Shown: piece after piece, positions 42,228 to 48,775 of the stretch | How positions within the stretch are numbered: position 1 is the stretch's first letter | How the letters are laid out: every line of letters begins with the position of its first letter | Assembly (NCBI GenBank): GCA_030698665.1 | Contig: JAUYMI010000007.1 | Location: 1 to 48,775 of the forward strand | Direction of reading: 5' to 3' | From: a bacterium | Lineage (GTDB): Bacteria > Patescibacteriota > Minisyncoccia > Minisyncoccales > UBA10102 | DNA length: 48,775 nt | Program-made: the position numbers and the translations under genes | The notes under the pieces: generated by a model | The model's database searches: none | The model's input: the letters and a program-made list of their open reading frames with translations, nothing else | Told to the model about the DNA's origin: nothing

Positions 42228-43154
42228 ATGACCGAATCAAAAAACGACGAGCAGTCCTGGCAGGTTCTCGCAGTTGGTTTTTCTGTTCTTTTGGGCATGA
42301 TTCTTTTCTTTGACTTTTTCAGCATCAGCATAACTCCAAAGAGAAACATTCCGACACGGTTGACGGAGTCAGCTTCTTATTCAACGGATAGCGAGATCGG
42401 GTTGAGGGATGCGGTGTTGCCAAAAGAGGGCGTGGAGCTTCCTGTTGTTTGGGGAGACTTGGGAAAGCGGCTGATGGAATTGGGAGTGATTGATGCAGAC
42501 AAGCTGGAGAGTTTGTATGCGCAGAGAGGGGGGCTGGACGAGGAAACCCAGCGCCTGATTGGAGCAAACGATACTGGCAGCCTCGTTATCACGGAAGAAA
42601 ACGCCAATGCGCTGTTGAATCTTTTGTGGGCGTTTGGCCTGGCAAACGAGAACAGGATTTTAGCGGAAGGTCCGATGATGGATCCGCAATACGGTGGAGA
42701 TGCCGGCCGTTTCGCCTCCACAGGAGGTTGGACGCTTGCTGCAGGAAGCGTCATGGACCATTACAACAAGCATCAACTCGTTACGCTCACGGAAACGCAG
42801 CAGGAGTTAGTGGAGCTGGTTTCAAAAAACATCTATCGCCCATGTTGCGGCAACTCAACCTACTTCCCGGACTGCAATCACGGTATGGCGATGCTGGGTT
42901 TGCTTGAACTCATGGCGTCACAGGGGGTAGGGGAGCAGGAGATGTATCAGATAGCTCTCAAGGTCAATTCGTATTGGTTTCCTGATACGTATCTCACGAT
43001 TGCAACATACCTGGAACATCAGGGCATTTCGTGGCTCCAGGCAGACCCCAAACTTGTTTTGGGCGAGTCGTTCTCGAGCGCTGCTGGCTACGCTCGCATC
43101 CTATCTGAAGTGGACCCCGTGCAGTCTGGGGGCGGGGGGAGCTGCGGCGTATGA
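42228..43154 (+). CDS. Membrane-anchored extracytoplasmic protein with a PCCGNSTYFPDCNHG motif, function unknown
   Basis: 308 aa. N-terminal TM helix, soluble domain, Cys/His cluster RPCCGNSTYFPDCNHGMAM, and a C-terminal GGGGSCGV. Confidence 0.6.
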   Translation: MTESKNDEQSWQVLAVGFSVLLGMILFFDFFSISITPKRNIPTRLTESASYSTDSEIGLRDAVLPKEGVELPVVWGDLGKRLMELGVIDADKLESLYAQRGGLDEETQRLIGANDTGSLVITEENANALLNLLWAFGLANENRILAEGPMMDPQYGGDAGRFASTGGWTLAAGSVMDHYNKHQLVTLTETQQELVELVSKNIYRPCCGNSTYFPDCNHGMAMLGLLELMASQGVGEQEMYQIALKVNSYWFPDTYLTIATYLEHQGISWLQADPKLVLGESFSSAAGYARILSEVDPVQSGGGGSCGV

Positions 43155-43216
43155 TGTGATGCGTGAGGAGGGGATTAGGCGACAAAAGGGAGTATTCTTT
43201 GGTATACTGAAAAGGT

Positions 43217-43612
43217 ATGAAGGGGTACGTGGCAAATATTGAAAAGTTAGCTGAGGAGAATGAGAACTTCAGGAAGGTTTTGTATACGGCTCATCATGTG
43301 CAACTCGTGCTCATGAGTTTGAAGCCCGGAGAAGATATTGGAGAAGAGGTTCACCAGTTAGACCAGTTCATCAGGTGTGAGAGCGGGGAGGGCAAGGCGG
43401 TGCTGGACGGTGTACAGCATGAGATCAGAGATGGCTCAGTGGTTGTGGTCCCATCCGGAGCGCGCCACAACATCATAAACACCTCTCAGAACCGATCCAT
43501 GAAGTTGTACACCGTGTACGGGCCTCCCAACCACCAAGATCAGGTTATTCATGCCACCAAGGAGGTGGCCGAGTCAGAGGAGGAACACTTTGACGGGAAG
43601 ACCACGGAGTAG
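43217..43612 (+). CDS. Cupin domain protein
   Basis: 131 aa. LKPGEDIGEEVH..DQFIRCESGEGKAVLDG..VVVPSGARHNIINT carries the two cupin motifs. GCGACA-18-TATACT precedes ATG 43217 by 8 nt. Confidence 0.75.
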   Translation: MKGYVANIEKLAEENENFRKVLYTAHHVQLVLMSLKPGEDIGEEVHQLDQFIRCESGEGKAVLDGVQHEIRDGSVVVVPSGARHNIINTSQNRSMKLYTVYGPPNHQDQVIHATKEVAESEEEHFDGKTTE

Positions 43613-43789
43613 CCATGAGCGAGGAACGCATCACACCTTTACTCCTCACTACTACGGAGACACCGTGCGCCGGCTTTTTCTCATATTCAGCCTCAAGACG
43701 GTGCGCGGGTACTTTTTCAGAAGATAACTGTGGTCTCCTTTTGCAGCTTTCATGATTTTGATCTCCAGGAGCCTCATTTTCAGAAAAGT

Positions 43790-44047
43790 ATGATATTCGG
43801 AATTCCTTGGCAGGACCTCGTGCTTTCAGGGGGCAACGTCGTGCTGGGCCTTGCTCTCCTGCCCTCGATTTTCAGTAGGGAAAAGCCCGCCCTGGCCACG
43901 AGCGTTATGACGTGCTGTGTACTGGCCGCTTTTACTCTGACGGTTTTCACGCTCGGCCTTGTGGCCACGGCTATTGTAACAGGGGTGGTAAGCGCTTTGT
44001 GGGGCGTGCTGGCGGCGCAGGAATACCTTATTCACAGGAGGTCTTAA
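43790..44047 (+). CDS. Small membrane protein, hypothetical
   Basis: ORF 43730..44047, likely ATG at 43790. Three hydrophobic helices. Confidence 0.4.
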   Translation: MIFGIPWQDLVLSGGNVVLGLALLPSIFSREKPALATSVMTCCVLAAFTLTVFTLGLVATAIVTGVVSALWGVLAAQEYLIHRRS

Positions 44048-44074
44048 TATATTTCTCTCGGTTTTCTTGATACA

Positions 44075-45685
44075 ATGACAAGAGAATTATTGAGCATGAA
44101 AAAGATTCACCTTCGCTACAAGCCGTATCTCCGTCTTCTTAAAAAGAAACGGGTCGTCGTTCCGGTCCTCGTTTTTGTCGTGGCTGCGTCTGCCTTCCTG
44201 GTGTTTTCCGGAGGGAAGGGAAGCGTCCCATACGAATACGTGGAGGTCCAGCTGAGTGAGCTTGTGCAGGAGGTTTCTGTTACGGGACGGGTGAAGGCGG
44301 CAGAATACGTGGATCTTGCGTTTGAGCGCGGGGGCCGGGTAGCTGCCGTGTACGCTCAGGTTGGAGACGCGGTACCAAAAGGGGCTCTGTTGGTGAACCT
44401 GGCCAATGGAGACATTGCCGCTCAGCTGGCTCAGGCGAAAGCATCCTTGAAGGCAGAGCAGGCAAAGCTTAGTGAGCTCCAGCAGGGTTCGCGCCCAGAG
44501 GAGATCCGCGTGCAGGAAGTCAAAGCGGAGTCAGCCGAGCTCGCCCTGGAGGATGCTCAGCAGGTTCTCCTCAACGCGGTCAACGGCGCCTACACAACTT
44601 CAGACGACGCCGTACGCAACAAAGCAGACCAGCTGTTTCTCGGAGGAACCTCTTTGTCTCCTCAGCTGAGAAGCGAACTCATCATTGATTTTAGCATTGA
44701 GAACGTCCTGAGGCAGAAGCGCCTGCTCCTGGAAACCTTTCTTTCTTCCTGGAAGACGTCGTTGGAAGGGCTGAGTCTGACCGGCGACCTTCTTTCTTTC
44801 GCGAGCGAGGCAAAGACGAACCTCAATGAGGTGAGGGCTTTTCTTGAGCTTGCCGGTCAGGGGCTCAACAATGCAGTCATACACTCGGGGCTTTCTCAAA
44901 CGACTCTGGATTCGTGGAAGGCCGACGTCTCTTTGGCCCGAACGAGCGTCAACACCGCCATTACGACTCTCAGCTCATCTGAGGCGGGTTTGCAGAACGC
45001 AAAGTCAGCTCTCGCACTTGCTGCCCAGGAACTTGCCCTCAAGCGGGCTGGGTCAAGCGCAGAGCAGATTCAGGCGCAAGAGGCGCAGGTGGAACGCGCT
45101 CGGGCCCAGGTGGATCAGTATGAGGCCGAGCTTCGCAAAACCATCATCACGGCTCCCATCTCCGGGGTCGTGACCAGGCAGGATGCAAAAGTTGGAGAGA
45201 TCGCAGGCGCCAACACAACCGTGGCCTCCTTGATTTCAGAAAACCGGTTTGAGATTGAGGCGAATGTTCCTGAGGCCGACATCGCCAATCTGAAGATAGG
45301 GGACACGGCAAGCTTCACTCTGGATGCCTTTGGGCCCGACCGTACGTTTCAAGCCGATGTCTCTTCCATTGATCCTGCTGAAACCGTGATTGAGGGAGTT
45401 CCCACCTATAAGATCAAGCTTCAGTTCGTGAGGGAGGGAGGAGATGTGAAGTCCGGGATGACTGCTGACGTTACGATTCTCACCGCCCGCAAGGACTCGG
45501 TTATCTCAGTTCCCGGACGAGCCGTCTTCACGGAGAATGGTGAGAAGCTCGTGAGGATCGTGACAGACACGGGAGAGCTGGAACAGCGGAAGGTTGAGAC
45601 CGGCCTCAGGGGATCTGACGGCAGAGTTGAGATTACCTCGGGAGTTTCAGAGGGAGAGAAGGTCGTGGTGTTCCTCCGCAGCTGA
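44075..45685 (+). CDS. HlyD/MacA-type periplasmic adaptor (membrane fusion) protein
   Basis: 536 aa. N-terminal TM helix, lipoyl-like VTGRVKAAEYVDLAFERGGRVAAVYAQVGDAV, long coiled-coil hairpin, ITAPISGVV, beta-barrel and MP domains. The start could be ATG 44096. Confidence 0.85.
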   Translation: MTRELLSMKKIHLRYKPYLRLLKKKRVVVPVLVFVVAASAFLVFSGGKGSVPYEYVEVQLSELVQEVSVTGRVKAAEYVDLAFERGGRVAAVYAQVGDAVPKGALLVNLANGDIAAQLAQAKASLKAEQAKLSELQQGSRPEEIRVQEVKAESAELALEDAQQVLLNAVNGAYTTSDDAVRNKADQLFLGGTSLSPQLRSELIIDFSIENVLRQKRLLLETFLSSWKTSLEGLSLTGDLLSFASEAKTNLNEVRAFLELAGQGLNNAVIHSGLSQTTLDSWKADVSLARTSVNTAITTLSSSEAGLQNAKSALALAAQELALKRAGSSAEQIQAQEAQVERARAQVDQYEAELRKTIITAPISGVVTRQDAKVGEIAGANTTVASLISENRFEIEANVPEADIANLKIGDTASFTLDAFGPDRTFQADVSSIDPAETVIEGVPTYKIKLQFVREGGDVKSGMTADVTILTARKDSVISVPGRAVFTENGEKLVRIVTDTGELEQRKVETGLRGSDGRVEITSGVSEGEKVVVFLRS

Positions 45686-45686
45686 C

Positions 45687-46373
45687 ATGGCGCTTTTTGA
45701 AGTTGAGAATCTCGCGAAGGTCTACGGCGACGGTAAAGTCCAGACCCCTGTTCTGCACGGGGTTTCCTTTGGCATTGAACAGGGAGAGTTCGTGTCCATC
45801 ATGGGGCCTTCGGGGTCCGGCAAGTCCACGCTCTTGCACATTCTTGGATTTTTGGACAAAGCGACATCCGGTGTCTACCGTTTTGAAGGCAAGCGGGCTG
45901 AGGAATACGGAGAAGAGGAAGCAGCTCACATGAGGAATGAGAAAATGGGATTCGTGTTTCAAACCTTCAACCTTCTCGCCCGCACCTCGGTGCTCGAGAA
46001 CGTGAAGCTTCCCCTGTTGTACTCCAACGTGCCAGAGCGCCTCTGGGACAGCATGGCGAAAAAGGCCATTGAAGACGTTGGACTTTCCCACCGCTCAGAG
46101 TACGAACCCTCCCAGTTGTCTGGAGGGGAGCGCCAACGCGTGGCAATTGCCCGTGCCCTGGTGAACAGCCCGAGTGTTATTTTCGCTGACGAACCGACCG
46201 GGAATCTGGACAGCAAGTCGGGGAGTCAGGTGATGGAGATCGTGGCCCAGCTCAACACAAAGGGCCATACCGTTATTGTCATCACCCACGAAGCTGAAAC
46301 CGCAGAGCGGGCTGACCGCATTCTGCATCTCAGGGACGGCAGGATTGAGAAAGACGAAAAGGCAGCCAGATGA
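45687..46373 (+). CDS. MacB/LolD-type ABC ATPase
   Basis: ORF 45594..46373 with ATG at 45687. [46 protein letters not shown]. Confidence 0.92.
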   Translation: MALFEVENLAKVYGDGKVQTPVLHGVSFGIEQGEFVSIMGPSGSGKSTLLHILGFLDKATSGVYRFEGKRAEEYGEEEAAHMRNEKMGFVFQTFNLLARTSVLENVKLPLLYSNVPERLWDSMAKKAIEDVGLSHRSEYEPSQLSGGERQRVAIARALVNSPSVIFADEPTGNLDSKSGSQVMEIVAQLNTKGHTVIVITHEAETAERADRILHLRDGRIEKDEKAAR

Positions 46374-47614
46374 AGATTTTTCATCTCTTTCGTACCTCGC
46401 TCATCGCTCTCGGCCTCAACAAGGCCAGGTCCGCCTTAACGATCCTCGGAATCGTTATTGGCATCACGGCTATCATCCTCATTGTTTCTCTCGGGCAGGG
46501 TGCCCAGAATCTGGTACTGGGGGAGATTGAGGGGCTGGGATCGGAACTGATCGTGATACGTCCGGGCCAGGAGCCTTCGGGCCCCACGGACATCGGCGGA
46601 ACCCTGTTCGCCGATTCTCTCAAGGAACGGGACGTTGAGGCGTTGAAGAAAAAGGCAAATGTTCCCTACGCAGCTGACGTTGCCCCCGTCATTATTGTTC
46701 CGGGATCCGTTTCGTACCTCGGGGAGACATATCGCCCGCAGATTTTTGGGTGGTCAGCTGAGTTCATGTCTCGAGTCTTCAATATCTATCCTGAAGAAGG
46801 AGTGATGTTCGGAGAAAGTGAAACCCGTCAGCGTTCAAGCGTGGCCGTGATTGGTTCTAAGGTGCGAGATGAGCTCTTCGGGCTGGAAGATCCTTTAGGG
46901 AAGAACATCAAGATCAGGGGCAGGAGTTTCCGGGTGGTGGGTGTTCTGTCCTCCCAGGGCCAGGTAGCGTTTTTCAATGTTGATGAAATCGTGCTCATCC
47001 CTCCCTCTACGGCCCAGACCTACCTGCTTGGTATTGACTACTACAACGAGGTGCTCGTTCTCGCGGAGAGCCCCGAACTCGTGGAGCGCACGGTGCGGGA
47101 CATTGAACTCACGCTTCGTGAGTCCCACAAGATTACCGATCCCAAGAAAGACGACTTCTTTGTGGTGACGCAGGAAGGGCTGGTGAATCAGATTGGGACC
47201 ATCCTTGGCGTGCTCACCGCTTTTCTGTCCTCAGTGGTTGCGATCTCCTTGGTTGTCGGGGGCATCGGGGTGATGAACATCATGCTGGTTTCGGTCACGG
47301 AACGCACCCGGGAGATTGGGCTGAGGAAGGCCATTGGAGCTACGAACAGGGATATCCTGGGCCAGTTCCTGATAGAGGCGGTGTTCCTGACGGGAGCTGG
47401 CGGAGCGATTGGCGTCTTCTTTGGGATTGTCCTTTCCTTTGTTGCCTCCTTGGCTCTGAGCCGCGGCCTTGGGGTCGCTTGGGCCTTCAGCTTTCCCTGG
47501 AGCGCGGCTATTATTGGAGTTGCGGTTTCGGGCCTCGTAGGTTTGGTGTTCGGCATCTATCCCGCTCGGCAGGCATCCCGCAAGAACCCCATTGAGGCCT
47601 TACGGTATGAGTAG
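46370..47614 (+). CDS. MacB-type ABC permease (FtsX-like permease family with MacB periplasmic domain)
   Basis: 414 aa. ATGA overlap with the ATPase. TM1, a large extracytoplasmic domain, three C-terminal TM helices, and TREIGLRKAIGAT..I..QFL. Confidence 0.9.
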   Translation: MKIFHLFRTSLIALGLNKARSALTILGIVIGITAIILIVSLGQGAQNLVLGEIEGLGSELIVIRPGQEPSGPTDIGGTLFADSLKERDVEALKKKANVPYAADVAPVIIVPGSVSYLGETYRPQIFGWSAEFMSRVFNIYPEEGVMFGESETRQRSSVAVIGSKVRDELFGLEDPLGKNIKIRGRSFRVVGVLSSQGQVAFFNVDEIVLIPPSTAQTYLLGIDYYNEVLVLAESPELVERTVRDIELTLRESHKITDPKKDDFFVVTQEGLVNQIGTILGVLTAFLSSVVAISLVVGGIGVMNIMLVSVTERTREIGLRKAIGATNRDILGQFLIEAVFLTGAGGAIGVFFGIVLSFVASLALSRGLGVAWAFSFPWSAAIIGVAVSGLVGLVFGIYPARQASRKNPIEALRYE

Positions 47615-48590
47615 GAAGAGGAATCTGGTTCCGCTACTCGTTCTCGGAATCTTTGGCGTGCTGGTCGTTGTAGCAATTGTGATCTCTCGTCCTGCCGATA
47701 ACAAAATTCCTCCAAAGGCAGAAGGATGGGACCCGGGACAAAGAGCGGATGAGCTGAATGAACCAAAAACTCCCAGCGTCTCTCTTTCCTCGCTGACCCC
47801 GGAGCAGTCAGAGACACTGGTCGTTGTCTCAGACCAGGAGCCGGTCACCGGCTGGTTCAACGGGGAGCCCTTCCCGTTCTTTGCCTTGCACGGGAGGTGG
47901 GTTGCCTTGGTGGGTGTTTCAGCAAAGCTGGCACCCGGGAGCTACGACCTTCAGGTCGTTTTCCCGAGTCAGAAGGTTGCAGAGCGCGTTGAGGTGCAAA
48001 AGCGCGCCTTTCCCGTGACCCAGCTTGTGGTGACTCCGGAGTTAGAGGAACAGGGATATACGCCAAGCTCAATTGCAGAGAACATCGCCCTGCGAGAGAA
48101 CGTGATGATTCAGCGGGCCATGGAACGTGTTGCTGAACCCCCGTACTTTACAGGCCCGTTTTATAATCCTTTGGCCTCAATGAACGTGGTGGGAGCCTAT
48201 GGGAATATCAGGAAGTCCGGAGATATTGAGCTTCAGCATCTGGGGCTGGATCTGGGAGCTGCAATGGGGACAAACGTATACGCCGTGAATGACGGAGTTG
48301 TGAGTTTTGAGGATTCCCTGACGAACTACGGCAAGACCCTTATCATTGATCATGGGCTCGGCCTGTACTCTTTGTATCTACATCTGAGCGAGTTTCAGGT
48401 TTCAGAGAAGGAAGAGGTGAAGCGGGGAGAGGTGATTGCGCGCTCTGGAAACACGGGATACTCCATAGCGCCGCACCTGCACTATTCTATGAAGCTGAGG
48501 GGAAGCAGTATTGACCCCTCGCTTTTCTGCGACATCGTGAACCGCGAGGTCTTTGGCCTTGCGGGATGCTTGCAGCGCAAGATAGAATAA
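47607..48590 (+). CDS. M23 family (LytM-type) metallopeptidase, membrane-anchored
   Basis: ORF 47592..48590; ATG at 47607 overlaps the permease by 8 nt. H.GLDL, IDHGLGLYSLYLHLS, GNTGYSIAPHLHY (HxxxD / HxH zinc site). Confidence 0.85.
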   Translation: MSRKRNLVPLLVLGIFGVLVVVAIVISRPADNKIPPKAEGWDPGQRADELNEPKTPSVSLSSLTPEQSETLVVVSDQEPVTGWFNGEPFPFFALHGRWVALVGVSAKLAPGSYDLQVVFPSQKVAERVEVQKRAFPVTQLVVTPELEEQGYTPSSIAENIALRENVMIQRAMERVAEPPYFTGPFYNPLASMNVVGAYGNIRKSGDIELQHLGLDLGAAMGTNVYAVNDGVVSFEDSLTNYGKTLIIDHGLGLYSLYLHLSEFQVSEKEEVKRGEVIARSGNTGYSIAPHLHYSMKLRGSSIDPSLFCDIVNREVFGLAGCLQRKIE

Positions 48591-48613
48591 AGGATATAAG
48601 TAATTTTACAACT

Positions 48614-48775
48614 ATGTACACAGACATATTGCTGCTCGTAGGCCGTCTCATCTTTGGAGGATTCTTTGTCATGATGGGGTTCATGCATGGCATGAAGATG
48701 AGCCAGATGGCTCAGTACGCCGCATCAAAGAAGGTGCCCCTATCATCTCTCGCGGTTTTGGGAACCGGCATTCTG
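48614..48775 (+). CDS. DoxX-like membrane protein (partial, runs off the window)
   Basis: ATG at 48614. MYTDILLLVGRLIFGGFFVMMGFMH.. resembles DoxX family N-termini. The frame stays open to the window end. Confidence 0.5.
   Translation, partial: MYTDILLLVGRLIFGGFFVMMGFMHGMKMSQMAQYAASKKVPLSSLAVLGTGIL

Noticed and set aside
43613-43789. Spacer of about 175 nt after the cupin gene, containing a 46-codon ORF (MSEERITPLLL..), a protein-like stretch in another frame (..HYYGDTVRRLFLIFSLKTVRGYFFRR*), and two similar units ACCGTGCGCCGGCTTTTT and ACGGTGCGCGGGTACTTTTT.
   Set aside because: There is no start codon or SD for the protein-like frame, no recognisable family, and the repeat is short and imperfect. 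I cannot tell a decayed gene from a terminator region without homology searches.
1-48775. Alternative genetic code (UGA = Gly or Trp), as in some candidate-phyla bacteria.
   Set aside because: Many genes end cleanly at TGA with the next gene starting at an overlapping ATGA. The window also carries an RF2 gene with a UGA-dependent frameshift site.

Overview
Gene-dense 48.8 kb window in which every gene I can support lies on the + strand. Many neighbouring genes overlap by 1, 4 or 8 nt. The gene content and minimised proteins (short Obg, short Pgk, a sigma-region-4/HARE-HTH protein, cohesin-type surface proteins) suggest a small-genome, CPR/Patescibacteria-like bacterium; that placement is inference only. 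UGA acts as a stop codon, shown by an intact RF2 frameshift site.

Housekeeping backbone: secA, secDF, pgk, a RecJ-like DHH phosphoesterase, RNase HI, RNase P RNA, murJ, lepA, an FtsB-like protein, tRNA-Gly/Thr/Gln, prfB, ftsEX, obg, an ABC exporter, and a MacAB-like efflux operon ending in an M23 peptidase.

Accessory content:
1. Three type II toxin-antitoxin modules: one RHH + RelE/ParE pair, and two tandem DinJ-YafQ pairs beside tRNA-Gln.
2. A translationally coupled HTH protein, membrane protein and VirD4/TraD-like ATPase, with no other type IV secretion genes nearby.
3. A roughly 10 kb envelope/surface locus (19.35-29.2 kb). It starts at an orphan tRNA 3' half and looks AT-richer than its flanks. 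It encodes a fused membrane/spermidine-synthase-like protein, two paralogous secreted proteins with a shared C-terminal module, a DUF916-like membrane-anchored Ig-fold protein, a dockerin protein and two membrane-anchored cohesin proteins.
4. A copper island: CsoR with its operator, a CPH-type P1B ATPase, a Met-rich protein, CopG/DUF411 and three uncharacterised Cys-motif proteins.

At least nine transcription units have a sigma70-like promoter whose -10 element ends 5-8 nt before the start codon, which implies leaderless mRNAs. I found no CRISPR array, rRNA, integrase or transposase.
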